Shown: positions 1-9,804, counted from the stretch's first letter. The stretch is DNA of 54,541 nt from Verrucomicrobiota bacterium (GCA_046581765.1 JAYGFS010000338.1:1-54541), one strand, 5' to 3'. A program made the numbers and translations. The notes: generated by a model from the sequence alone, not told the origin.

Positions 1-87
1 AAGGGTTTAGGCCTACGGGGATGGACCCGGTCTTGCCAATCCCGGCGGGGAGCGACATAACAGCCGGCCTGTCTGTTTGTCTTGGTG

Positions 88-408
88 CTACCTCGCCTTC
101 TCAAGCGCGTACAACGCCTTCACCTCGGCTTCACTCAAGGCGCGGTTGTAGATGCGGACGTCGTCGATTTTGCCACGCCAAAAGGCACAGATAGCCCCAC
201 GTTTGTACCTGGCACCAATTTCTGTTACGGCATTATTTTTAATATTGGAAATCCGTGTTTGGCCCGAATCAGGTCCTTATCCTTCCCCACGCTGCCACGA
301 GGCGGACGAATAGAGAAGAGCGGGTAGCACGTTCCGTTCTTTCCCGTTGACTCCCCCCGGGGGGCCGCCATAGGCACTGAGAAGCGTGGGACAAGAATGT
401 TCGTTCAT
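88..408 (-). pseudogene. LamG/concanavalin-like domain remnant (disrupted C-terminal fragment)
   Basis: Minus-strand translation of 91..276 reads ...AICAFWRGKIDDVRIYNRALSEAEVKALYALEKAR followed by TAG (88..90). This is the classic last strand of Laminin_G_3 domains. There is no ATG/GTG upstream in frame. An in-frame TAA at 277..279 separates it from a 43-codon ATG-initiated piece (280..408). The space before the next gene (505) is too small for a whole domain. It is absent from the ORF track. Confidence 0.35.
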
Positions 409-504
409 GTGTTGATCCCGATGGTGATATGATTAAAGCGCACTCCGGTCATTGTTCCAACCTGGTTCCTTTCCCACTGGAGAGCAGAAGTAGTGGGCCA
501 TTCT

Positions 505-2535
505 TTACTGCAACCATCTAAGACTGGTACCAGAGAAGGTCTGCACGCGACGAGTAGAATCCTCCGGGCAGAGATCGATGAGGCCTTCGAGGTCACCGTA
601 TTTTACGGCCCCGGGGATGAAGTACGGGTGGCGGTAGCTCTTGATGTCGGCGAAGGTGAAATCGGCCGTTTCGAGAAGCGTCCGGGTAACCGCGGAGCCG
701 GAAAGGACCCTGGCAGCGGCGGCCAGGGGGGCAGCTCCGGCGGTGGCTACCAGGTGGACGGGGAGCCCCGACTGTTTGTTCGCCAGGGCTATAAGACTCA
801 GGATGTCGTGGGTTCGGCGGGCGAAAACGGAGGGATTGTAGCCGTGGGTGTAGCCGGCGTATTGGCGCGGGTTAGGGACGGTCGGGGTCTGGGTGAGGGT
901 CTTCCCGTCTGGCAGAAACTCGCCCTGGAGGAAGAGGTCGGCGGTAATGACGCGGGAGCCCTGGGCCAGGAGCTTGCGAACGCCCTCAACCGGCTTGCCG
1001 GCATCGTCGAATAGGCCGTCCTTGCCCTTACCGTGCAGCCAGATGACGTTCGAAGCGGCCTTGCCCTCGGGCTCGAGGATAACGACAGGGATGACCTCGC
1101 CCATCGCCGGGAAGCTCAGCTTGCCGTTTTCGAACCGGATGTCGGCAGCGCCGGGAAGTTCCCGGCCGACGAGGATCTTCCAGGCCTTGCGGATGATAGC
1201 GCGGCGGTCCTTGTCATTCATGGCGGCGAGAAGCTTCGCGTCCTGGTCGGCGAGCTGGCGGGTGAGCTTGCGCTCAAAAACGTCACCGCCCGGGGGCTTC
1301 GGGTGCTTGTCGGTCCAGACCGCGTGCTCTTCCCTGGTGAAGAGCTTGTAGTCCTTCTCAACCATCGGCTCCTTGATGCCGAGCTTGAGGTGCTTGTTGA
1401 ACCAGGCGTACATGTGGCCGCGGGTCACGGTATTGTAGTTGTGGGGAAAGCGCAGGAGATCGGGGCAGATCACGGAATCCTTCTTTCCGTAGAGGGCGTA
1501 GAGGTCCTGGATCTCGTAGAAGCCCTTGCCCTTGACGAGCATCTCCTTCGTCCAGTCGTTGGCGGACGTCATCCCCTGGGGCCGGGGGGCGAAAAGCGCC
1601 GCGAGCTCGACGTTGCCGGTACCGATGCGAAGCAGGCTGGCGTTTTCGCAGGTGCAGCCGCCCTGCATGGAGCTACTCACCATGCCGTTGGGGAAGCCGA
1701 CCACCGGGCGCGGGTCGAGGGCACCGATGATGATCGTCTGGGTGCCGCCGCCACTGCCCCCGGTGACGGCAAGGCGCTTGGGGTCGACCTCGGGGAGGCT
1801 GGCGAGGAAATCGAGTGCGCGGATCGAGTTCCAGGCCTGGATCCCGAAGATCGACTGCATGCGCATCTCGGCCTGGGTGCTGTAGAGCCCCCAGCTCTCC
1901 TTGCCCTCAAAGTCCGGGCGCTGCTTGCCGAAGCGGTGCGCCAGCTGCATCGACAACTGCTGGTTATCGGCATAGCCCAGCATGTCGTAGAGGAAGGTAA
2001 CGCAGCCCATGCGGGCGAGCTGGGCGTTGCGCGCCAGCTTGGGCATCCGGCCGGACTCCTCGAAAAGCTCGGCCCCCTTGGCGATCTCCTTGCGCACCCC
2101 GGCGAGGCCATGGTCCTGCAGGCGGCCGCCGTGGCCGTGCGGACTGAGTACGGCGGGAAGCTTGCCCGGAGGCGGATTGGACGGCCGAAAGAGCAGGCCG
2201 CTAACGTAGAGACCCGGGTAGCTCTCAAAGTAGACCTGCTCGACGGTGAAGCCGGGGCGCTCGAACCTGCCATGGATCACCGCGTTGAGCGGCGTCTTCG
2301 GTGGCAGGGGGTAGAGACCGGTAGCGACGAGAATCCGCAGGCGGAGTTCGGCCGCCCGCCGCTCCCAGGCCTCGAGCGAGTCCGGAACGTCAAACGGGAA
2401 GAAACCGTTGAGGTCCTTGGGCGGCTTCAGGCGGACGTCGTCGGGACGTTTTCCCTCGGGGAAGACGCGTGGAGCCTTGGCCAAGAGAGAGACGCTGCAG
2501 CAGGCGACCAGCAAAAACACAATGGACCTTCTCAT
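505..2535 (-). CDS. secreted alpha/beta-hydrolase (acetyl-xylan-esterase / dienelactone-hydrolase-like)
   Basis: 676-aa ORF with ATG at 2533..2535. Signal peptide MRRSIVFLLVACCSVSLLAKA. Nucleophile elbow G-x-S-x-G in LAVTGGSGGGTQT. Length and layout resemble secreted esterases. Confidence 0.85.
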   Translation of the reverse strand: MRRSIVFLLVACCSVSLLAKAPRVFPEGKRPDDVRLKPPKDLNGFFPFDVPDSLEAWERRAAELRLRILVATGLYPLPPKTPLNAVIHGRFERPGFTVEQVYFESYPGLYVSGLLFRPSNPPPGKLPAVLSPHGHGGRLQDHGLAGVRKEIAKGAELFEESGRMPKLARNAQLARMGCVTFLYDMLGYADNQQLSMQLAHRFGKQRPDFEGKESWGLYSTQAEMRMQSIFGIQAWNSIRALDFLASLPEVDPKRLAVTGGSGGGTQTIIIGALDPRPVVGFPNGMVSSSMQGGCTCENASLLRIGTGNVELAALFAPRPQGMTSANDWTKEMLVKGKGFYEIQDLYALYGKKDSVICPDLLRFPHNYNTVTRGHMYAWFNKHLKLGIKEPMVEKDYKLFTREEHAVWTDKHPKPPGGDVFERKLTRQLADQDAKLLAAMNDKDRRAIIRKAWKILVGRELPGAADIRFENGKLSFPAMGEVIPVVILEPEGKAASNVIWLHGKGKDGLFDDAGKPVEGVRKLLAQGSRVITADLFLQGEFLPDGKTLTQTPTVPNPRQYAGYTHGYNPSVFARRTHDILSLIALANKQSGLPVHLVATAGAAPLAAAARVLSGSAVTRTLLETADFTFADIKSYRHPYFIPGAVKYGDLEGLIDLCPEDSTRRVQTFSGTSLRWLQ

Positions 2536-2928
2536 GATCTTCCCCCAGTGCTTGTTTCTTCCAGGTAATCCCCTTGCAGCGAAAGCTGGCGGGCCCGGTC
2601 GATTTGCTTGAAGATCGCGGGGCTAAGCACAGGATCCGAATCGGCCAAGGGCAGGGTACAATATACGCTTGAGATTACCGTTAATTTCGAAGTCAACTTC
2701 ATAAAAACAAACCTTGGCGGCGACTATACACTAAATCCCGGGGCCATGGGAACCGGTGTTTAGCACGAATTGTTTCAGCCGTGAACCGGGTACACACGCT
2801 TGGAAACAACTGGACGGGTTCCATGGCTTCCGGGAAAGCGGGCCGATGTACCTATCGCCCAGATAATCGGGAATAAAGGTCGGCCTTGAAGGGACAAAGG
2901 CCGTATATTATGCGCTGATCTGCACCCT
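2536..2928. promoter_or_regulatory. divergent intergenic region, presumed promoters for 505..2535 (-) and 2929..6516 (+)
   Basis: 393-bp non-coding gap between divergently oriented genes. It is locally AT-richer (e.g. ttaatttcgaagtcaacttcataaaaacaaac). A 7-bp stem CGGCCTT(2881..2887)/AAGGCCG(2897..2903) lies 25 nt before the ATG at 2929. No consensus promoter boxes could be assigned by eye. Confidence 0.35.
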
Positions 2929-5900
2929 ATGAAAATGCTTTACCACCCTGTCGGCCTGGTGTTCGTGATCCTCGGATCTTGTGCGCTTTCGGTTAAGAGT
3001 CCCGCCGAGGGCTTCACCCGGCTCGACCCGCAGAGCACCGGGCTACGCCATCGCAACCCGATTGATATCGACCATCCTTTACACCGGCTCCACGCCACCA
3101 GCCTGGCTTGCGGGGGCATCGCGATCGGCGACCTCGATGGGGACACCTGGCCGGATCTGTTCGTGAGCTCGGGACCGGGGCCCAACCACCTGTACATGCA
3201 GCGTGGCTTATGGACCTTTTCGGACCAGACCGCGGTTTCAGGCCTGGCGGGCAAAGACACCTGGTCCCTGGGGGTCAGCTTTGCCGATGTAGACGGAGAC
3301 GGCGACCTCGACATTTACCTGTGCAATTACGACCAACCCAATCAATGCTTCCTGAATGATGGGACCGGCGGCTTCTCCGACGAGGCACCCCGTCTCGGGA
3401 TCGACATCCGGGATGCAAGCCTGATGTCCGCCTTTTGTGATTACGACCGGGACGGTGCTCTCGACCTCTACCTCCTCACCTACCGGTATTTCCTGGATCA
3501 CCAGGGGCCCGATGCCGCAAAAGCGCGCAGGGGACAGCCATTCAAGGACTGGGAACGATACTTTATCCGGAAAGGTCGTTCCTATTACCCGGTGGCCAGA
3601 CCGGACCGGTTGATGCAAAATACCGGCAACGGCGTCTTCAAGGATGTCACGGAATCGGCGGGCTTGAACCTTGGACCCGCCCATGGGAACTCGGCCGTAT
3701 GGTGGGATTACGACGGAGACGGGTGGATGGACCTCTACGTTGCGAATGACTACCAGGACGCCGATCGACTCTACCGGAACCGGGGCGATGGAACCTTTTC
3801 CGAGCAGCTGCGCGAGGCCACCCCGCAAACCGGCTGGTTCAGCACGGGCTCGGCATCCGGGGACCTGAACAACGATGGACGGGTGGATCTCCTGGTAGCG
3901 GGCATATCCCCGGTGACACACTTTTCCGCCATGCTCAACACAGGGGACATGCAATCCCTGGACAGGTTCCTCGATCAGGTCGAACCCCGGCAGTTCCTGC
4001 GCAATGCGGTCTTCCTGAATACAGGAACCTCCCGTCTGCTGGAAGGCGCTAACCTGGCCGGCCTGGGACAAAGCGACTGGAGCTGGGGCGTAAAGATCCA
4101 GGACTTCGACAACGACGGCCGCATGGATGTCTTTATCGCCAACGGGGTTTCCCGCCCCTATCGCGACAGGGACCTCGCGCTCCTGCACAAGGCGGCTCTG
4201 CGCACGAACAATGTATGGAATGTCTACGCATCCTATCCGCCGCAAAAAGAGGCCAACCGGATGTTCCGCAACCTAGGTGACCTTCAATTCGAAGACATGG
4301 CCCCGCAGTGGGGCCTGAACACGCCCTCCATGTCCTATGCAACGGCATGCGGGGATTTCGACAAAGACGGGGACCTGGACCTGGCTGTTGCGAACCTGGA
4401 TGAACCGATCGCACTCTACCGGAATGACACGAAGGCACACGGGCTCACCCTGCGCCTGCGGGGCTTGGAAAACAATCGACGGGGCATTGGAACGACGGTT
4501 CGTTTGAAGAGCGCCCGGCACACGCTGATCCGCCAATTGATGCCCGGCCAGGGCTTTATGTCCTGCGACCAGGATATCCTCCATTTTGGCATCGGCTACG
4601 ACGAGGTGGTGGAGGAGTTGCGGATCACCTGGCCGAATCAATACGAGGAGGTCTATACGAATCTCATCGCGAGGCGATCGTATGACATTGAGGAAGGTGC
4701 TTTGGAAAAGCGAAAACCCGAAACGATTAAACCTTTATTCACGGCGAGTCCGCTCTTGAAAAGGATGAACCAATCGCATACTACCGAAATCCGGCACAAG
4801 GAAAACCTGTACAACGACTATCAGAATCAGGCCCTCCTCCCCTACAAGCTCTCCCGGCTCGGTCCGGGACTGGCACTCAGCGACGTGAACGGCGATCAAC
4901 GGGATGACCTCTTCCTCGCGGGCGCGATCGGCATGAGCTCGGAGCTTCAGCTCCAGCAGGAAAATGGTGGGTTCAGCTGGAGTTTCCAGAAAGCATTCAA
5001 TGCCCACCGGAACGGCGAGGCCCTGGGGGCGCTGTTTTTTGAGGCGGATGGGGATGGTGACCCCGACCTGTATGTGGCCTATGGCGGCTATGAAAACCCC
5101 GAGGGCAGCCCCCTGCTCCGCGACCAGCTCTACCTGAACGACGGCACGGGGAAGTTCCTCGCCGCACCCGCGAACAGCCTGCCCGATATCCGGACCAGCA
5201 GCAGCGTGGTGACCGCAGCCGATGTCGACCGGGATGGCGATCTCGACCTTTTTATCGGGGGACGGGTGATACCCCACCACTATCCGGGCCACCCACCCAG
5301 CCGACTCTTGCTCAATGACGGCCGGGGTCGATTCTCCGATGTCACGGATCGCCAGGCACCGGCCCTGCTCAGCTCGGGCCTGGTCACCGGGGCCTGCTGG
5401 TCCGACGTGGACAACGATGGCTGGCTGGACCTCATGGTGTGCCATGAATGGGGCCCGGTGAAGTTTTATCACAACCGCATGCAAAGCGGAGAAGGGCTGG
5501 TGGATACCACCGCAGCCTGGGGCCTATCCGCGTGGACCGGCTGGTGGAACGGTATCACCCCCACCGATACCGACGGGGACGGGGATATCGATTTCGTGGT
5601 GACCAATGTCGGCCTGGGAAGCCCCTACCGGGCATCGCCGAAGCAGCCCACCGTATTGTTCTACGGCGCATTCAACCCGGGCGAGGGCCATCAACTCGTC
5701 GAGGCCACCTTCAAGGAAGGGCGACTTGTTCCCCTGCGCGGGCGCGCGGCCTTATCGAAGGTCATGCCCGGCATCGCCGAGCGCTTCCCGTCCTTTCGCT
5801 CCTTCGCGGAAGCCTCGCTGCTCGACCTCTACCCACGTGAACAGCTCCGGCACGCGGAGCGCTTCACCGCCAATACCCTGGCTTCGGGCATCCTGGTGAA

Positions 5901-6516
5901 CGATGCGGGTCGATTCCGCTTTGTCCCCCTGCCCCGGATGGCGCAGATCGCCCCCCTGTTCGGGGCGGTGGCCAGCGACTTTGACGGTGACGGATTCCCG
6001 GACCTCGCCCTCGTGGGCAATTTCTACCATGCGCAGCGGGAAACCCCGCGCCGCGCGGGCGGCATGGGCTGGTTGCTGAAGGGCAAGGGGGATGGAAACT
6101 TTGACGTGCAGTGGCCGGACCGGAGCGGCCTCAGCGTCCCCGGAGATGCACGCTCCCTTGCCATCACCGACCTGAACCGGGACGGGGCCCCTGACCTCGT
6201 GGTCGGACTCAACGACCAGGCCCTCCAGGCCTTTATGAATACCGCGTCCCCCGGCATCCGGCTTGCGCTCGAGGGGAAGCCGGGCAACCCCCGCTGTATC
6301 GGTGCCCGGGTGACGATGGTCTTCGGCGAGGCGGGCAAACAGACCCAGGAAGTCTACGCGGGGACGGGGTACCTCTCTCAATCACCCGGCGTTTGCTGGT
6401 TTGGCCGGCCCGGTGGGGCCGACCTCACCCGCATCCAGGTCCGGTGGCCGGATGGGGTCCTGCAGGCCTATAAGCCGAGCAACGCGCAGGCACGCCAGTA
6501 CCGGATCAAGCGCTAG
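2929..6516 (+). CDS. FG-GAP/VCBS repeat protein with two ASPIC/UnbV modules (CRTAC1-family, internally duplicated)
   Basis: 1195 aa with an N-terminal signal peptide. Many DxDGDGxxD-type repeats are present (DLDGDTWPDLFV, DVDGDGDLDIYL, DYDGDGWMDLYV, DFDKDGDLDLAV, DVDRDGDLDLFI, DTDGDGDIDFVV, DFDGDGFPDLAL). Two UnbV/ASPIC-like segments are present (GIGTTVRLKS...LRITWPNQ near 4480..4700; CIGARVTMVF...IQVRWPDG near 6295..6500). Confidence 0.9.
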   Translation: MKMLYHPVGLVFVILGSCALSVKSPAEGFTRLDPQSTGLRHRNPIDIDHPLHRLHATSLACGGIAIGDLDGDTWPDLFVSSGPGPNHLYMQRGLWTFSDQTAVSGLAGKDTWSLGVSFADVDGDGDLDIYLCNYDQPNQCFLNDGTGGFSDEAPRLGIDIRDASLMSAFCDYDRDGALDLYLLTYRYFLDHQGPDAAKARRGQPFKDWERYFIRKGRSYYPVARPDRLMQNTGNGVFKDVTESAGLNLGPAHGNSAVWWDYDGDGWMDLYVANDYQDADRLYRNRGDGTFSEQLREATPQTGWFSTGSASGDLNNDGRVDLLVAGISPVTHFSAMLNTGDMQSLDRFLDQVEPRQFLRNAVFLNTGTSRLLEGANLAGLGQSDWSWGVKIQDFDNDGRMDVFIANGVSRPYRDRDLALLHKAALRTNNVWNVYASYPPQKEANRMFRNLGDLQFEDMAPQWGLNTPSMSYATACGDFDKDGDLDLAVANLDEPIALYRNDTKAHGLTLRLRGLENNRRGIGTTVRLKSARHTLIRQLMPGQGFMSCDQDILHFGIGYDEVVEELRITWPNQYEEVYTNLIARRSYDIEEGALEKRKPETIKPLFTASPLLKRMNQSHTTEIRHKENLYNDYQNQALLPYKLSRLGPGLALSDVNGDQRDDLFLAGAIGMSSELQLQQENGGFSWSFQKAFNAHRNGEALGALFFEADGDGDPDLYVAYGGYENPEGSPLLRDQLYLNDGTGKFLAAPANSLPDIRTSSSVVTAADVDRDGDLDLFIGGRVIPHHYPGHPPSRLLLNDGRGRFSDVTDRQAPALLSSGLVTGACWSDVDNDGWLDLMVCHEWGPVKFYHNRMQSGEGLVDTTAAWGLSAWTGWWNGITPTDTDGDGDIDFVVTNVGLGSPYRASPKQPTVLFYGAFNPGEGHQLVEATFKEGRLVPLRGRAALSKVMPGIAERFPSFRSFAEASLLDLYPREQLRHAERFTANTLASGILVNDAGRFRFVPLPRMAQIAPLFGAVASDFDGDGFPDLALVGNFYHAQRETPRRAGGMGWLLKGKGDGNFDVQWPDRSGLSVPGDARSLAITDLNRDGAPDLVVGLNDQALQAFMNTASPGIRLALEGKPGNPRCIGARVTMVFGEAGKQTQEVYAGTGYLSQSPGVCWFGRPGGADLTRIQVRWPDGVLQAYKPSNAQARQYRIKR

Positions 6517-6523
6517 GACCGCC

Positions 6524-7009
6524 CTACTTTTCCAGGGACAGCGGTCCCTGTTGGTTCAACAGCGTCGCGTTGGCCGAGTCGATATAGTTATCCCAGGCAC
6601 GACTCACCTCGAAAAGCGCCAGCCCGATGAAGCAGAGAACGACCAATAGGGCAACCATCGTCGGCTTGGCGAAGGTACGGGGCCGGATGGCCATCCAGAG
6701 CGCCACCGCGACCATGCTCCCGACGACATGACACAAGGGTACCCGGGCCATGAAATTCATGCTGCGCGCCATGACACTGGCGGACGAGGCTGCCTGGGAG
6801 ACGAAGGCATCCCCGAGGTGGTGCGCGTAAAGCCAGCAGGGCAACAGCGTGATGATCCAGGCGAAGGCAAGCAGGCAGGGGGTGAGGACCGGCTTGCGAG
6901 CCGCCGCGGTCATGGAGGAAGCGAAAAGGAGGCCCCAGAAGAGCACGGCCATGACCAGGCTAACCTGGGGGTAATCACTGAGGCTACCCAGGTAGGTTAA
7001 ATTATTCAT
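6524..7009 (-). CDS. hypothetical small integral membrane protein
   Basis: 161-aa ORF with ATG at 7007..7009 and about four hydrophobic helices. No recognisable domain. It converges on the previous gene with a 7-nt spacer. Confidence 0.6.
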   Translation of the reverse strand: MNNLTYLGSLSDYPQVSLVMAVLFWGLLFASSMTAAARKPVLTPCLLAFAWIITLLPCWLYAHHLGDAFVSQAASSASVMARSMNFMARVPLCHVVGSMVAVALWMAIRPRTFAKPTMVALLVVLCFIGLALFEVSRAWDNYIDSANATLLNQQGPLSLEK

Positions 7010-7259
7010 GGCATCTCCGGTTCAAGGTGCCCGGCCGGACGAGGCCGGGATGCACATCCCTGCAAGCTACGAATGGATTGTACATGGCCACTTCCTCCAT
7101 TCAAGTACTTCCCGGGGAGGTTTATCCCCCACGCACACGTTAACGGCACCATTTTTTTTGGTTCTTTCACGTGGTCAGCGGGCAAGGACCCCATCGCCTT
7201 CCGGTGGAGCACGAGAAAAACCTGTTGCATTCCCCCGGCCGGGTCCCAAGGATAACCCC

Positions 7260-8723
7260 ATGACCAAACGGGCTGCCACCGGATCCCGCCTCGAAACCTT
7301 CGCGCCACTGCTGATGTTTATCCTCGTGTTCGCGGGTGCTTTCCTGACGGCAAAAATCTACCAGTTCCCCCTGCCCCGGGTCCACGACGAATTCGCGTAC
7401 CTCCTCGCGGCAGACACCTTCGCCTCCGGCCGCATCACCAATCCGCCGAACCCGGAACCCCGCCTGCTGGAAAGCTTTCACGTCATCCAGCAGCCCAGCT
7501 ACCAGGCCAAGTATCCGCCGGGACAGGGTTTCTTCCTCGCCACCGGGCAAACCCTCTTCGGTCATCCCGCCTGGGGGATCTGGCTCGCCATGGCACTCGC
7601 CACGGCGGCGATGTTCCGCCTGCTCCGGATGGCCTGTCCGCCCTGGCCCGCCTCGGTCCTCTGCCTGGCACCCCTCCTCTGTCCACCGCTGTTCTGGCAA
7701 TGGACCCAGAGCTACTGGGGCGGCGGGGCCGCCTACGCGGGAGCGGCACTGTTCTTTCTCGGCTTTGCCGGCAGCATCCGGCACCCGAAGTTCCGCTGGG
7801 CCCTGGTCGGGGCACTCGGTTTGCTCCTGCTCTCCCAGGCCCGACCCCTCGAGGGCGGCCTCACCTGCACCCTCAGCCTGGTGCTGGCCTGGTGCATCAT
7901 GGGAAAGGAGCACCGCACGTCCCTGTTGATGATCACCTGCTGGATGGCCATCGCCGGGTTCCTGGCCCTGCTCGGAACGCTCGCCTACAACCACGCGGTC
8001 ACCGGCGAGGCCTTCAGTTTTCCCCATCGCCATTGGTCAAGGGGCTTTCACGCAACGGGGCTGCCGGAACAATTGAACACCTACACCGGCTCCAAGCCGC
8101 GCACCGCGCTCGAGGAAATCCTCCGCGCAGGCCGGTATTTTATCGGGCCGTTCCTGCTGCTCACACTGCCGGGCCTGATCCTCGCCAGGGAGCGGGGGAA
8201 AATGGCTGGAGCCCTCGTCATCGTCGCTCTCATCACCGCGGTCAGCGTGAACATTTCCGCCGCGCATCCGCATTACCTGGCCCCCATCCTGCCCCTGGTC
8301 ACCGGCCTGGTCGCTCTCGCCTGGCTGGCCCTGTGGCAGCATCCGCGCACGCGCGTCTTCGCCGGGGTGATCCTCGGGCTCCACGTTGCTTACGGGAGCG
8401 GAAGGATCCTGCACCACATCTACCAGCGTCCCGGCTGGGATCGCTTTAACGAACGCGAACAGATCGCTCAACAGTTAAAGGACACCCCCGGCCAGCACCT
8501 GGTATTTGTGCGCTACACACCCGAGCACGATGTCCATGCCGAGTACGTCTACAATGCGGCGGATCCCGGGAAGGCCCCCGTCATCTGGGCCCGCGAAGGC
8601 ACCGATGAACAACGTGCCGCGCTCCTGGAGGCCTACCCGGGGCGACAAGGCTGGCTGCTCGAGGCGGACCAGCGACCCAACACCGTAAAACCGTACCCCG
8701 CAACAGGAGTCCCTTCCCCGTGA
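7260..8723 (+). CDS. GT-C-like (ArnT/PMT-type) integral membrane glycosyltransferase candidate
   Basis: The ORF-track frame 7008..8723 was trimmed to the ATG at 7260 (MTKRAATGSRLETFAPLLMFILVF...). The 84 upstream codons are low-complexity and lie in the divergent spacer. It has many hydrophobic helices and an acidic first-loop motif RVHDEFAYLLAADTF typical of GT-C enzymes. The C-terminal domain is soluble. Its stop TGA overlaps the GTG of the next gene. Confidence 0.75.
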   Translation: MTKRAATGSRLETFAPLLMFILVFAGAFLTAKIYQFPLPRVHDEFAYLLAADTFASGRITNPPNPEPRLLESFHVIQQPSYQAKYPPGQGFFLATGQTLFGHPAWGIWLAMALATAAMFRLLRMACPPWPASVLCLAPLLCPPLFWQWTQSYWGGGAAYAGAALFFLGFAGSIRHPKFRWALVGALGLLLLSQARPLEGGLTCTLSLVLAWCIMGKEHRTSLLMITCWMAIAGFLALLGTLAYNHAVTGEAFSFPHRHWSRGFHATGLPEQLNTYTGSKPRTALEEILRAGRYFIGPFLLLTLPGLILARERGKMAGALVIVALITAVSVNISAAHPHYLAPILPLVTGLVALAWLALWQHPRTRVFAGVILGLHVAYGSGRILHHIYQRPGWDRFNEREQIAQQLKDTPGQHLVFVRYTPEHDVHAEYVYNAADPGKAPVIWAREGTDEQRAALLEAYPGRQGWLLEADQRPNTVKPYPATGVPSP

Positions 8724-9742
8724 GTGACACCCCGCTCGTCAGTTTCCTCATCGCTGCCTTCAACGAGGAACGCTTCGTGGTCGCATGCGTGGCCAGCTGC
8801 CTGGACCAGACCTATACGCCGGTCGAAGTCTGCGTGACCGATGACGGCTCAACGGATGGAACCTGGGACATCCTGCAGGCCGCCTTCGGCCAGGACCCCC
8901 GGGTACGCCTGGACCGTTTTGAACAGAACCGGGGAAAAGTCCACGCCTTCAACCGCTGCTACGAGATGGCGAAGGGGAACTACATCGCCATCATGGGTGC
9001 CGACGATATATGCAAACCGGAACGGATCGAACGGACGATCGCGCCCCTGCTCGCCGACCGGGAAACCGGGCTCAGTTTCTGCGACCTGGCCGTGGTCGAT
9101 GAATCCCTGCACACGATCCACGCCTCGATCTACCATATGCTGGGCCGCAGGGAGGAACTCGGCGAGCCCGGGTTCGACTACGCTTCGTGCCTGGCCACCA
9201 GCCCCCTGGTCTGCGGTGGCGGCATGACGCTCGGGCCCGGCGTCAAGGATCACATCTTTCCCATTCCCGAGACCTTGCTCGTCGAGGATTGGTGGATCAG
9301 TTTCGTGGCCGCCTTTTTCGGGCGCTTCCACTTCGTGGATGAACCACTGGTGCAGTACCGTCAACACGGGGGAAACGACAACGGCGCGATTCACGGGATT
9401 CTCGATGACTACCGCACCCGGGTCAGGCTCGCCGCCCGCCACCCGGCGATCTTTGCCGCCTTTCTCGCCTTCCTGGACGGGCAGGGTTCCAGTGAATATG
9501 TTCACCTCATCGAGGTGGAGAAGCACATCAACGAGCTCGTCCAGCTCGACCGGGCGACTGAACGCCACGCGCTCACGAGAGCCTTCATGGACAGCCCGCG
9601 CACCGAGACCCTAAGCGCAAAGGAACACGCCCGCATCCGGCGCTATACCCGCTTCGGTCGACGGTGGATGTTGCTGAGTGTGACCCGTAAACATCTCAGG
9701 CTGTACAGGTCGCCGCGTATGTCAGGTCCATCACGGGATTAG
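8720..9742 (+). CDS. glycosyltransferase family 2
   Basis: 340 aa. GT-A signature VSFLIAAFNEERFVVACVASCLDQTYTPVEVCVTDDGSTDGT and IMGADDI. The GTG start at 8720..8722 overlaps the upstream TGA at 8721..8723. Confidence 0.9.
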   Translation: MSDTPLVSFLIAAFNEERFVVACVASCLDQTYTPVEVCVTDDGSTDGTWDILQAAFGQDPRVRLDRFEQNRGKVHAFNRCYEMAKGNYIAIMGADDICKPERIERTIAPLLADRETGLSFCDLAVVDESLHTIHASIYHMLGRREELGEPGFDYASCLATSPLVCGGGMTLGPGVKDHIFPIPETLLVEDWWISFVAAFFGRFHFVDEPLVQYRQHGGNDNGAIHGILDDYRTRVRLAARHPAIFAAFLAFLDGQGSSEYVHLIEVEKHINELVQLDRATERHALTRAFMDSPRTETLSAKEHARIRRYTRFGRRWMLLSVTRKHLRLYRSPRMSGPSRD

Positions 9743-9804
9743 GCCAAATATTCCAAGGCCTGGCCGCCCGGGCAAAGGCCGTGGCACTCGTGTATTTCGC
9801 GGAC

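Noticed and set aside
82-327. 81-aa plus-strand ORF at the left edge.
   Set aside because: It lies antisense to a clear LamG C-terminal signature on the minus strand and has no motif of its own.
405-596. 63-aa minus-strand ORF overlapping the 3' end of the esterase gene.
   Set aside because: It overlaps the esterase coding frame by about 90 nt and shows no convincing domain. It is probably part of the decayed region described under the LamG remnant.
1033-2568. 511-aa plus-strand ORF opposite the esterase gene. The same pattern recurs with other very long antisense ORFs: 11216..12997, 17614..19131, 21710..22921, 25109..26404, 42422..43276 and 46268..47692.
   Set aside because: These are typical high-GC shadow ORFs. 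They are Arg/Gly/Ala/His/Pro-rich low-complexity translations with no recognisable motifs. Each lies fully opposite a gene with strong family signatures.
7152-7159. T8 run in the 7010..7259 spacer as a candidate terminator tail.
   Set aside because: No stable stem-loop immediately precedes it on either strand. The nearby CCCGGCC-GGACGA-GGCCGGG hairpin (7030..7049) is about 100 nt away. That hairpin lies in the 5' leader of the 6524..7009 gene, not behind a gene.
7008-7259. N-terminal extensions offered by the ORF track. Affected ORFs: 7008 for the GT-C-like gene, 23092, 26512, 28631, 29352, 34794, 35783, 35982, 40364, 41185, 44839, 45668, 49510, 13507, 33767 and 37063.
   Set aside because: The extensions are low-complexity and overlap the preceding gene, often by tens to hundreds of nt. 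They also displace conserved N-termini such as MCGICG, MRILVFNN, MKIPFNRPF and the Rossmann GxGxxG. Internal ATG/GTG codons that form ATGA/TGATG junctions fit better.
9743-9804. Possible bidirectional terminator between the convergent GT2 (+) and yceI (-) genes.
   Set aside because: Only weak 4-5 bp GC stems are present (AGGCC...GGCCT, GCCCGGGC). There is no adjacent T/A tract, so this is not supportable.
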